Below are positions 39,494 through 48,908 of a stretch of 64,000 nucleotides of DNA, in pieces. This DNA is from Sphingomonas sp. (lineage in GTDB: Bacteria > Pseudomonadota > Alphaproteobacteria > Sphingomonadales > Sphingomonadaceae), in the NCBI RefSeq assembly GCF_041661885.1, contig NZ_JBAZTL010000009.1, positions 3,381-67,380 of the forward strand, given 5' to 3'. Under the pieces are notes generated by a model. The model had not been told where the DNA came from, searched no databases, and saw nothing but the letters and a program-made list of their open reading frames with translations. Made by a program: the position numbers and the translations under genes. Position 1 is the first letter of the stretch, and every line of letters starts with the position of its first letter.

Positions 39494-40543
39494 TCACCCG
39501 CGCCGCGCTTGCGCTTCGTGGATTTCCTGGATCGTCACGCCGACCGATTTGGTAATCTCCCACCCCGGATAATGCGCCTTGATCTTGGCGAGGTCGGAAT
39601 AATAGCAAATGTGGTCGCCCGCGCGGTTCTGGTCGACATATTCGGACACCATCGCCTTGCCGCTCACCGCCTCGGCGATCTTGAATGCCTCCAGGATCGA
39701 CACCGAATTGTCCTTGCCGCCGCCGAGATTGTACACCTCCCCGCTGCGCGGCTTGTCGATGAAGCGGACAATGAATTCGCCCACGTCAAAACTGTGGATG
39801 TTGTCGCGGACCTGTTTGCCCTTGTAGCCGAAGATCCGGTACAATTTGCCCTCAGCATTGGCGCGCACGAGATAGCTGAGAAAGCCGTGCAGCTCGACGC
39901 CGCTATGGCTCGGGCCGGTCAGACAGCCCCCACGCAGCGCGCAGGTCGGCATACCGAAATAGCGGCCATATTCCTGTACCATTACGTCGGCGGCGACCTT
40001 GGACGCGCCGAAGATCGAATGCTTGCTGCGATCGATGCGGAAATCCTCGGCAATACCCTCGGCATAGGCCGGGTCGGCATAGTCCCAGCGCGTTTCCAAT
40101 TCGGTCAGCGCGATCTCGTTGGGCGCATCACCATACACCTTGTTGGTGCTCATGTGGACGAACGGGCTTTCCGCGCAATGCTGGCGCGCGGCCTCCAGCA
40201 GGTTGAGCGTGCCGACCGCATTGGTATCAAAATCGTCAAACGGACGCGAGGCGGCGAGATCGTGGCTCGGCTGTGCCGCGCAATGTACGATCGCATCGGG
40301 CTTGAGCGCGGCGATCAACGTATCAACGCCCTTGCGATCCCGAATGTCGAGCTCGGCATGTTCGAATGAGGCATAAGTGTCGATCAGCCGCGCCTGGTTC
40401 CAGCGCGTGTCGCCACCGGGACCAAAGAAATCCGCCCGCATATTGTTGTCGACCCCGACAACGCGCCATCCATCGGCCGCGAGCCGCGAGACGACCTCCG
40501 AGCCGATGAGACCAGAAGAACCGGTGACGAGCGCTTTTTTCAT
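39494..40543 (-). CDS. NAD-dependent epimerase, CDP-paratose 2-epimerase (RfbE/Tyv)-like
   Basis: [40 protein letters not shown]. Confidence 0.8.
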   Translation of the reverse strand: MKKALVTGSSGLIGSEVVSRLAADGWRVVGVDNNMRADFFGPGGDTRWNQARLIDTYASFEHAELDIRDRKGVDTLIAALKPDAIVHCAAQPSHDLAASRPFDDFDTNAVGTLNLLEAARQHCAESPFVHMSTNKVYGDAPNEIALTELETRWDYADPAYAEGIAEDFRIDRSKHSIFGASKVAADVMVQEYGRYFGMPTCALRGGCLTGPSHSGVELHGFLSYLVRANAEGKLYRIFGYKGKQVRDNIHSFDVGEFIVRFIDKPRSGEVYNLGGGKDNSVSILEAFKIAEAVSGKAMVSEYVDQNRAGDHICYYSDLAKIKAHYPGWEITKSVGVTIQEIHEAQARRG

Positions 40544-40722
40544 GGGAACCTACGGTCTGGATGAAGCTGTCAAAGCTATTGCTGCTGCGCAACAACAACA
40601 CAAGGCGATTCGAGCACCGCAAATTGCTGCAACAGGACCGCGGGATTTGCCCGCGCGCCGGATGCGCGGTTGAATTGCCCCAAGCTGCCCCTAAAGCACG
40701 GAAGCTTGCATCCGGGGGGCCA

Positions 40723-42750
40723 ATGGATCACCGTTCCTATCGTCGCGATATCGATGGCCTGCGCGCGGTCGCTATCATCCCCGTCGTGCTGTTCCATGCA
40801 GGTGCCACGCTCTTCCTGGGCGGGTTCGCCGGGGTTGACGTATTTTTTGTCATCTCCGGTTTTCTCATTACCGGCACGTTATTTACCGAATTGGAAGCGA
40901 GTGGGCAGATCAGCATTCTGCGCTTTTATGGCCGCCGGATCGCGCGGATTTTCCCGGCATTGTTGCTGGTTGTGGCCATCACCTTGCTGGCTGGCCTGCT
41001 GCTGCTCTCGCCCGCCTTGTACGAGATTCACAGTCTTGCCAAATCGGTAATCGCGAGCGTCGGCTTTGTCGCCAACCTCTATTTCCTGTTCGTCACCGAC
41101 ACTTACTTCGCGCCCGATACCGCCACGCTGCCGTTGTTGCACATGTGGTCGCTCGCGGTGGAAGAGCAATATTATCTGGTGTGGCCCTTGCTGATGATCG
41201 CGGCGATGCGCTTGCCGGATCGCTTCGCCTCGCTGCGCAGTCGCTGCCTCGCGGCGGTGCTGGCGATTACGGTTGCGTCCTTGCTGAGCTGCATCGCGAT
41301 CAACGCCTCGCACCCCGCCGCGGCCTTTTATTTGCCCTTCACGCGCGCGTGGGAATTGGGCCTTGGGTCTGCGCTGGCCTTGCTGCGACCGCGCGATGTC
41401 GCACGCGTGTGGCTCGGGCTTGCCGGGTTCGTCGGGGTGGCATTGGTATTGGTTGGCTATGTCGTGATCCGCGAGAGCGGCAGCTTCCCCTTCCCCCTCG
41501 CCTTGCTGCCAACGATCGGTACGTGCCTGTTGATCTGGGGGGGGGGGGGAGATTCCCGCACGCCGGTGGCGCGCGTACTGGCGACGGCACCGCTCATATC
41601 GATCGGTCGTGTCTCCTATGCGTGGTATCTATGGCACTGGCCATTACTCGCCTTTGCCAATATCCTTTCCGTAGGCACACCCTCCCCGGAGTTGCGCGCG
41701 GCGTGTGTGCTGGGATCGCTCCTGCTGTCCTACCCCACCGTAGCATGGGTGGAAAAGCCGGTCCGATTCGGCTTCTCCCGCCGGGTGGGCCCGGCAAAAT
41801 CCGTTATCGCCGGGCTGGCCGCAGGGTTCGCGCTGATTCTTTTGTCGGGCGGCGTATATGGGGCCGCGCGTTTCGGGCTACTGAATAGCGATCCGATGAT
41901 TGCTGCCGCGCTGACCGATGTCCCGAAGCGCACGAGCACTTGCCTGCGCCTTGAAGGAAGCACCGAAAAGGTAGTGGTGCCCCCAAAATGCCTTGGCCAA
42001 GCCGGGCACCCGCGCATTGTCCTGTGGGGAGATTCCTTTGCCAATCAATGGCGCCCCGCCCTTGACCAGTGGCAAGATCGGCACCACGACTGGCGTATTG
42101 AACAGCTTACGGTCGCCAATTGTCCTCCGCTGCTGAGCGTGCGGCCAGGAGCAGTTAATGAACGAACCGCGCCCTATGCCGAATGCGTTGCGCTCAACGC
42201 CGCCGTCGCACAGCGACTTGCCCAGCAGGACAGCCCGTCAACCGTTGTCATCCTTGCCGCCAATTGGCTGGCACGCGAGGGGGGCGATACGCCGACAGGG
42301 TTGCCGCCAACGCCGCTGACTTTCGACGTTAGCGCAAAGGACATCCCCGCCTCGCTTGCGGCATTGGCGCGCGGCCTCGACAACAGTTTGACGATGCTCG
42401 ACCACTGGAAGCTACGCTCGATCGTGGTCCTGCAATCGCCGCGCTTCGTGCGCTCGCCCGCCGCGTGCGTGCAGCGGTTGGGTGCGACCGTCTGCGCCAT
42501 GCGCCGCGACGACTTCGACAGGATGGCAAGCCGAGTTAACGCCATCCTTCGCGACACGGTTGCGCGACATCCGACGGCGACTGTGCTCGACCCACGCGAT
42601 ATCTTGTGCTCCGCGACGATCTGCCCCGTTGTGAGCGATAGCCGGATCGCTTATTCCGATACCGTCCACGTTGCCGCATCGACCGCAGCCGCGCCGCGCT
42701 CCGTAAAGGTTTGGGGCAGCCTGCTGGATCGATCGGTTACCGAGCACTGA
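40723..42750 (+). CDS. O-acetyltransferase, Acyl_transf_3 + SGNH domains (OafA-like)
   Basis: YRRDIDGLRA, GVDVFFVISGF, HMWSLAVEEQYY, SYAWYLWHWP, then WGDSFA and SDTVHV (SGNH). Confidence 0.92.
   Translation: MDHRSYRRDIDGLRAVAIIPVVLFHAGATLFLGGFAGVDVFFVISGFLITGTLFTELEASGQISILRFYGRRIARIFPALLLVVAITLLAGLLLLSPALYEIHSLAKSVIASVGFVANLYFLFVTDTYFAPDTATLPLLHMWSLAVEEQYYLVWPLLMIAAMRLPDRFASLRSRCLAAVLAITVASLLSCIAINASHPAAAFYLPFTRAWELGLGSALALLRPRDVARVWLGLAGFVGVALVLVGYVVIRESGSFPFPLALLPTIGTCLLIWGGGGDSRTPVARVLATAPLISIGRVSYAWYLWHWPLLAFANILSVGTPSPELRAACVLGSLLLSYPTVAWVEKPVRFGFSRRVGPAKSVIAGLAAGFALILLSGGVYGAARFGLLNSDPMIAAALTDVPKRTSTCLRLEGSTEKVVVPPKCLGQAGHPRIVLWGDSFANQWRPALDQWQDRHHDWRIEQLTVANCPPLLSVRPGAVNERTAPYAECVALNAAVAQRLAQQDSPSTVVILAANWLAREGGDTPTGLPPTPLTFDVSAKDIPASLAALARGLDNSLTMLDHWKLRSIVVLQSPRFVRSPAACVQRLGATVCAMRRDDFDRMASRVNAILRDTVARHPTATVLDPRDILCSATICPVVSDSRIAYSDTVHVAASTAAAPRSVKVWGSLLDRSVTEH
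41537..41549 (+). repeat. G13 homopolymer inside the O-acetyltransferase CDS
   Basis: TGG GGG GGG GGG GGA (W-G-G-G-G), currently in frame. Confidence 0.9.
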
Positions 42751-42756
42751 GCACAC

Positions 42757-44004
42757 TCACTCCAACCCGCACGCCGCAAACAATTGCTGGAAGCGGTTTT
42801 CCCAGCGATGGTCGCGACGTGCACGCCGCCAGCCGGCCTCGCGCAAGGCCTCGGCGGCGTCGGGGTGGCTCAGGTAAAAGCGCGTCTTGTCGACCAGTTC
42901 CTCCGCCGAGCGATAGCAATCGATCTCGCGACCGACCTCGAAGAAATGCTCGATCTCGTCGGTATAGCCCGTCAGATAGCAGGCACGCGACATCGGCCCT
43001 TCGAAATCGCGCAAGCGTACATGCGGGATCAGCGTCGAGCCGGGCTTGCCGTCGCTCCACACATTGCTGAAATTGAGCACCACCGCGTGGCCTGCGAACG
43101 CCTGCGCGACATCGGCGGCATACCCGCCATAATGGGCCGATAACGCGGCGCGCATCGGCCCCGCCGTTCGCCGCTCACGCACGCGATCCACAATCCGTGC
43201 CGCGCCACCCACGATGCCCTGCTCCCGAAAAATCCGCCCGAATTCGGTGAGGTAGGCGGCCATGCTCCCCGGAGGCGCCACCGGTCGCCCAAGGCTTACA
43301 CTGCTGCCCTGATCGGTCCCGGACCGATGCGTCGCGAGCATATCCGACCAGCCGCGCCCGTGCAGCGTGAGCGGCACGCCGGCATGGTGCAGCGCATAGA
43401 GCAGCCGGTCGCGATCGGCATAGCGTTGCCCGACGAAACACGCGTCCGCAGCTTGGGTAATCTCGGGATAAGGGCGATAGACATCTGGGTCGGCGGCCAT
43501 CTGCACCCACACCGGATTGGCCCCGACCGCGCGATAGGCTGCCGCTGCGTGCATTTCGGCATGCCAGGCAAAATCGACCGCCGGGGCAATCGCCGCGACC
43601 AAATCGAACTGATACATGCTGTTACAGTAAAAATTGACGGTGGGGATGCCCAGCGCACGGATATCCGCAAAGCCCGCCGGATCGAAATGCGCATTGTAAA
43701 AATAGCTGAGAAACAGGTCGATCGGCTTTTCGCGATGCGCCGCGCGCACCTCATCGAGGATCGCTTGCGTGATCCCCGCGCGGGTTTCAGCTTCTTCCGC
43801 CGTGAAATTCCCTGCCACCTGCATGAAGTCGCTCGCAGGGAGCAGATCGACTTGCGATTCGACCAGATCGTGCCCCATGCGCCGCAGCGCCGGGTAGAAA
43901 TTGCTGGTCCATAAATCCGAAAAATACTGTTTCGGATCTTTGGCGTGACGGATGGCGACGAAGATCCGCAGCCTGCGCCCGCTCGACGGAACGGTGACCG
44001 ACAA
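42757..44004 (-). CDS. CgeB-family glycosyltransferase (Glyco_trans_1_2)
   Basis: FVGQRYADR, LRDFEGPMS, FFEVGREI, GWRRARRDHRWENR; TTG start tentative (44004 or 44025). Confidence 0.8.
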   Translation of the reverse strand: MSVTVPSSGRRLRIFVAIRHAKDPKQYFSDLWTSNFYPALRRMGHDLVESQVDLLPASDFMQVAGNFTAEEAETRAGITQAILDEVRAAHREKPIDLFLSYFYNAHFDPAGFADIRALGIPTVNFYCNSMYQFDLVAAIAPAVDFAWHAEMHAAAAYRAVGANPVWVQMAADPDVYRPYPEITQAADACFVGQRYADRDRLLYALHHAGVPLTLHGRGWSDMLATHRSGTDQGSSVSLGRPVAPPGSMAAYLTEFGRIFREQGIVGGAARIVDRVRERRTAGPMRAALSAHYGGYAADVAQAFAGHAVVLNFSNVWSDGKPGSTLIPHVRLRDFEGPMSRACYLTGYTDEIEHFFEVGREIDCYRSAEELVDKTRFYLSHPDAAEALREAGWRRARRDHRWENRFQQLFAACGLE

Positions 44005-44014
44005 ACCTGCGCCC

Positions 44015-45301
44015 TTACGCGGCAACGACGGGTTGCACGTCGTCGATTCGCTTGATCACAATCTCACCGACGGGAGGCAGCGCCAAACTGCCATAACCTG
44101 ACGATTGCTGGAAATTGTACGCGCCCCCTGCAGGGTTCGACCAGTTCACTTCGAACTCCAGCGCCTGCAAAATCTCGTGGTCCCAATTGTTATTGATGAC
44201 CGCAGTGTACAAATCGAGAAAATATCCACCTGCGGCGAGCTGGAGCTGCCCCAGCGACACGCGCATCGTGTAACGCCCGGCCTCGCGTGGCAGCGCCTGG
44301 TCGGCGAAATGGCTGAGCGAGAACATCCCGATCCGCAAACATTGCGCGTCGGTGAGCATTACCTCCAGCGACAAACGCGGCGACCCGTCGGTTTCGAACT
44401 CAACTTCGAGAACCAGCGGATCATTGGGGTCGTAAATCTTGATAGCCTGCCCCGCAGAGCCGACCAGCCGCGCCGAAACCAGCCGGGTATGCTGGCCACG
44501 CCCCTTGAACACCGCACCCGCCGGCGCGACACTACCCGCCGCCTGATACACCGCGATCGCCTCTTCGGTCGGGCCGCTGAACACCACACGCCCCGCGTCC
44601 AGCACCACGCATTTGGTGGTCAGGCTCTTCACCGCCGCCATATTGTGGCTCACGAACAACACGGTACGGCCCTCGCCAGCGATGTCGTGCATACGGCCAA
44701 GGCATTTGCGCTGGAACTCGGCATCGCCCACCGCCAGAACTTCATCGACGACCAGAATCTCCGAATCGAGATGCGCGGCCACCGCAAAGGCAAGCCGCGT
44801 GTACATGCCACTCGAATAGCGTTTCACCGGCGTATCGAGAAAACGCTCCACACCGGCGAAGGTGACGATTTCGTCGAAGCGCTGCTTGATCTCGGCCCGC
44901 TTCATGCCAAGGATCGTGCCGTTGAGGAAGATATTCTCGCGGCCGGTCAGCTCGGGATGGAAGCCGGTGCCGACTTCCAGCAAGCTCGACACACGCCCGG
45001 CGACGCGGATTTCACCGGCACTTGGCTCGGTGATCCGCGACAGGACCTTCAGGAAGGTGCTCTTGCCCGCCCCGTTGCGACCGATGACGCCAATCGCATC
45101 GCCGCGCGCGACGTCGAACGTCAGGTCGCGCAGCGCCCAAAATTCCTCGTGCGTCGGTCGCCCGGAGCGATTGAACAGCCCCATCGGGCCGCGCATGATC
45201 GCATCGCGCAGCGAGGTGTAGCTCTCACGCTGGCCGTTATGGTTGATATTGTACTTCTTGCCCAAGCCCTGGACGCGGATCGCGTAATCGGTCGCGCTCA
45301 T
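44015..45301 (-). CDS. wzt: Polysaccharide ABC transporter ATPase with C-terminal Wzt_C-like domain
   Basis: GRNGAGKST, GFHPELTGREN, YSSGMYTRLAF, DEVLAVGDAEFQ, plus ~170-aa beta-rich C-terminal extension. Confidence 0.93.
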   Translation of the reverse strand: MSATDYAIRVQGLGKKYNINHNGQRESYTSLRDAIMRGPMGLFNRSGRPTHEEFWALRDLTFDVARGDAIGVIGRNGAGKSTFLKVLSRITEPSAGEIRVAGRVSSLLEVGTGFHPELTGRENIFLNGTILGMKRAEIKQRFDEIVTFAGVERFLDTPVKRYSSGMYTRLAFAVAAHLDSEILVVDEVLAVGDAEFQRKCLGRMHDIAGEGRTVLFVSHNMAAVKSLTTKCVVLDAGRVVFSGPTEEAIAVYQAAGSVAPAGAVFKGRGQHTRLVSARLVGSAGQAIKIYDPNDPLVLEVEFETDGSPRLSLEVMLTDAQCLRIGMFSLSHFADQALPREAGRYTMRVSLGQLQLAAGGYFLDLYTAVINNNWDHEILQALEFEVNWSNPAGGAYNFQQSSGYGSLALPPVGEIVIKRIDDVQPVVAA

Positions 45302-46152
45302 ATGATGTCCGCAAAGCTGCGCTCGGTCTTGCGGAAATATCCGACGCCGATGACGAGGAAAATAACGACCACGACGAGATTGATCGCCAAGCCCAACGGA
45401 TTGAGGGGGTTGGCCCCGCGCAACAGGCACCAGCGGAACCCCTCAATCGCGCCGACGGCGGGGTTGAGGTACATCAGCAACTGCCACTTCGCCGGAAGCA
45501 CGCTCAGCGAAAAACCGACCGGCGAAACATAAACGCCAAATTGGATGACGAACGGGATGATGTAGCGGAAATCGCGATATTTCACGTTCATCGCCGTCAC
45601 CAACAAGGCTGGCCCAAGGCTCGCCAGCAACCCCAGCAGCGTGAAAATCGGCAACGCCAAAATCTGCGGCCCCGGCACGAAGCCGTACCAGACGAACAAA
45701 ACCGCCAACAGCAGCAGGTTGATGCCGAGATCGACCATTGCCACCATCGCCGCAGCCACCGGCACGATCAGGCGCGGGAAATACACCTTGCTGATAAGGT
45801 TTGCGTTGCCGATCAAGCTCGCCGAAGCTTCGCCCAGAATGGTGGTGAACAAGAACCACGGAAGCAACGCCGAAAACACCATCAGCGAATAGGGCACGCC
45901 GACCATCGTCGGCAGTTTCGCAACACGACCGAACACGAAGGCAAGCACCACCATCGTCAGCAGCGGGCGGATAATCGCCCAGGCAACGCCGATCGCGGTC
46001 TGTTTGTACCGCACCGCAATATCGCGCCATGCCAGCACCGCGAACAATTCGCGATACCGCCACAGATCGCGCCAATATTGCCCGCCCGAACGCCCGGGGG
46101 CCAATATCAATATGTCGGACGTTCGGTGGTGATCGATCGTATGGTCACTCAT
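45298..46152 (-). CDS. wzm: Polysaccharide ABC transporter permease
   Basis: RDIAVRYKQT, LISKVYFPR, KYRDFRY, YLNP motifs; ATGA overlap with wzt. Confidence 0.93.
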   Translation of the reverse strand: MSDHTIDHHRTSDILILAPGRSGGQYWRDLWRYRELFAVLAWRDIAVRYKQTAIGVAWAIIRPLLTMVVLAFVFGRVAKLPTMVGVPYSLMVFSALLPWFLFTTILGEASASLIGNANLISKVYFPRLIVPVAAAMVAMVDLGINLLLLAVLFVWYGFVPGPQILALPIFTLLGLLASLGPALLVTAMNVKYRDFRYIIPFVIQFGVYVSPVGFSLSVLPAKWQLLMYLNPAVGAIEGFRWCLLRGANPLNPLGLAINLVVVVIFLVIGVGYFRKTERSFADII

Positions 46153-46248
46153 GTGATGTCATCGCGATATGCGCCCCCAGGCAAATCCCGCCTTGGGCCA
46201 GCGGATAGCCGATCCCCAAGGGGGGGACAAGGCAACGCCCGTAATGCC

Positions 46249-47133
46249 TCATAGCTGGACCGGCCCGCTCTTCTTCAACCGACGGTACAGGCGATAGGTC
46301 TGCCGCGATACCGGTTTGCGCTTGGTGCGCGGCAATAGCCGATAGCCGTCAAGCAAGGCCCCCGCGCGCACCTTCAGCCGCGGCCATAGACGCGTGTGCA
46401 GCAAAGCCTTTACGGTCGAAACGAACAGCGTCGGCACCATGTCCGGCATCGGTACGTTCTGCCAGGCGAACAGCACGAGATTGCGGCTGCCATAATAATC
46501 CATCCGCCGATGATCGCGCTTGGGCGATTCGTAGTGCAGGATCGGGTCGCTGACGCCGAGCTCGACCCTGTACCCGGCATCGATCAGGCGGAGGGTATAA
46601 TCCCCTTCCTCCCCCTGATGAATCAACGCCTCGCGATACCCGCCCAGCGCCAAAAACAGGTCCCGCCGGAGCGCATGGGCGGTGCCAATGAAGCTATAGG
46701 TGGCCCAGCCGGCCTCAGGCGTTGGCGGCTGCTGGAACAACAGATCACCCGTCTTGTGGGGTTCCTTGAACGGAATGGCGATCGCCCCGACCTGCTCATC
46801 GGCAAAACCGCGTAACGCTTGCTCGACCACATGCGGTGTGGAAAATTCCGCATCGTCGTCAATCGACACGATGATCGGCGCCCGCGCCAAGCGCGCACCC
46901 AAATTGCGCCGGACAATAAGCCCCGCCGATTCCGCCTGCTGTTCCAGCCTGACCATCGGAAACCGCGTGCGCACCATTTCCGATGTACCGTCATCGGAGC
47001 CATCATCGATGACGATGACTTCGACCGGAGCCGATTGCGCAATCGCGGAGGCGAGCGCGATGGCAAGCTCATCCTTGCGATTTTTCGTGGTGATGACGAT
47101 GGTGGCCGCCGGATTTTGCGTTTCAATTCGCAT
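46249..47133 (-). CDS. Glycosyltransferase family 2
   Basis: ITTKNR, IDDGSDD, SIDDDA, QGEEGD. Confidence 0.88.
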   Translation of the reverse strand: MRIETQNPAATIVITTKNRKDELAIALASAIAQSAPVEVIVIDDGSDDGTSEMVRTRFPMVRLEQQAESAGLIVRRNLGARLARAPIIVSIDDDAEFSTPHVVEQALRGFADEQVGAIAIPFKEPHKTGDLLFQQPPTPEAGWATYSFIGTAHALRRDLFLALGGYREALIHQGEEGDYTLRLIDAGYRVELGVSDPILHYESPKRDHRRMDYYGSRNLVLFAWQNVPMPDMVPTLFVSTVKALLHTRLWPRLKVRAGALLDGYRLLPRTKRKPVSRQTYRLYRRLKKSGPVQL

Positions 47134-47689
47134 CGTGGCGCCGCTCCCGTGCTTTGGCCGGCACCCCGACGACAACCTCTCCGGTCGCTACCGGACGCGA
47201 CACAACCGCGCCTGCCGCAACAACGGCACCGTTGCCGATGGTCACTCCCTTCAAGATGATCGCGCCAGCCCCGATCCAGACATTGTCTCCAATCCGGGTC
47301 GGAGCCCCCTGGAGCGGCTGATCCTTGATCAGGATACCGGGCGCGAAGCCGTGGTCGTGATCGGTCAGGTAACAATGCGGCCCGATCATGCAATCGCGCC
47401 CGATTTCGATCGCGATCGAGGCATCAATCATCGAAAAGCGATTGATATACGTGCCTTCGCCGATACGGATAATGTCGGCTCGCCCATCGCCTGTGCAAAG
47501 CAACACGACATGGTCATCGAGCATAACCCCACGCCCGAGCGTTATACTGGCGAAATCGCGCGGGATCGACACCCGGCGGAGCCAGGCATAACCCTCAATC
47601 TTCACCCCCAATTGGCGAAACCACACATTGCGCCAGCGGGACGCGAGCCCCGCCGAAAGACGCAGCCAACCGAGCGCCAGCGTCCTCAC
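47123..47689 (-). CDS. Hexapeptide-repeat (left-handed beta-helix) acyltransferase
   Basis: IGEGTYIN, IGRDCMIG, IGDNVWIGAGAIILKGVTIGNGAVVAAGAVV, GVPAK; GTGA overlap with the upstream GT2. Confidence 0.88.
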   Translation of the reverse strand: MRTLALGWLRLSAGLASRWRNVWFRQLGVKIEGYAWLRRVSIPRDFASITLGRGVMLDDHVVLLCTGDGRADIIRIGEGTYINRFSMIDASIAIEIGRDCMIGPHCYLTDHDHGFAPGILIKDQPLQGAPTRIGDNVWIGAGAIILKGVTIGNGAVVAAGAVVSRPVATGEVVVGVPAKARERRHDAN

Positions 47690-48618
47690 CGCCGCGCACC
47701 CCGCATCACGCCCGCCACCATCACCGCAGGCGCAGCCAGCACGAATTTCCACCGCCTCGCCGCCACGTTCAAACCAATCGCGCGGCGGTACAGCGCGAAG
47801 CTGTCGCGCAGCAGGCCATTACGCGCCAAAGACACCACCGCAGACCGCACATGGCTGCCGACCATATCCCCCGCGATCCGCCGCGCTCGCGCGCTCGTCC
47901 CATAGAACCCAGCCTCGAAATGGGCCAACAGCGCGGTACATCCCGGGCCCATCAAGGAAAGCGATTTGGAGATCGATCCGGCATGGTCGTGCTTGACGTA
48001 GGTCGGTGGCGCGGCGACGTGGACGAATCCCGGCCGCTCGCCCAGACGCAGCATCAGGTCATGGTCCTCGGCGACCTTGATCGCCGGGTCGAAACCGCCG
48101 CTCGCCAGAAACACACGGCGCTTGACCGCAATCATTCCACCCGCCGCATACAGGCCGGTCTCGGCCGCCGCGAGATAGTCTCGATATGGGACAATTTTCG
48201 ACTCGCACCATGCGATCGCTGGCGGTACATCGACAAATTCAACGAAATTCCCGCAAACGATGTCGGGGTCTTCCCCAGCTTCGATCGCCGCCGCGAAGCA
48301 CTGCAGCGTCCACGGCAACGCCAGATCATCACTATCAAGAAAGAAGATATATCGCCCGCGCGCCGCCGCTACCCCGAAGTTGCGCGCGCTGGATGGACCG
48401 CCATTGGCCTTGGTCAACACCCGTACATCGGCTTCGCCAACGAACGAATCGCACGTCCCATCGGTCGATCCGTCGTCGACCACGATGAGTTCGAAATCCC
48501 GAAATGTTTGCGCCCGCAGGCTTGCAACACACGCAGCCAACTGCACGACCCGGTTGTACACCGGGATAATCACCGAAAAGGTGAAGTCCGCAGTTTCGGA
48601 GGAAACCGTGGCTTCCAA
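47686..48618 (-). CDS. Glycosyltransferase family 2
   Basis: SVIIPVYNR, VDDGSTD, FLDSDD, AEDHDL; TTG start with AGAGGA SD (alternative GTG at 48645). Confidence 0.88.
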   Translation of the reverse strand: MEATVSSETADFTFSVIIPVYNRVVQLAACVASLRAQTFRDFELIVVDDGSTDGTCDSFVGEADVRVLTKANGGPSSARNFGVAAARGRYIFFLDSDDLALPWTLQCFAAAIEAGEDPDIVCGNFVEFVDVPPAIAWCESKIVPYRDYLAAAETGLYAAGGMIAVKRRVFLASGGFDPAIKVAEDHDLMLRLGERPGFVHVAAPPTYVKHDHAGSISKSLSLMGPGCTALLAHFEAGFYGTSARARRIAGDMVGSHVRSAVVSLARNGLLRDSFALYRRAIGLNVAARRWKFVLAAPAVMVAGVMRGARR

Positions 48619-48908
48619 GATCGATCCTCTAAAAAACCGTGGCACCGGGTGCGGATGTGGGCCTCCTAGGGACCCTTTCCGTCGCTCGTCAATTCGATTG
48701 TGTCAGCTTACGATCAAAAGCGGGTATTGCGCAGCGGAGACGATGAGGAACCGACAGTACGCGCTCGCCGCACCCTTTGCTGCACCACCGCCTTGCAATT
48801 TGCAGCAAGCGATGGATGTGTTACGGCACCGCAGCATCGATCCAACGGTCAGGCGCGACGGTGCGTGGCCGAACGGACGTCGGCGAAACCGCTGAATGGG
48901 GGCAAATC

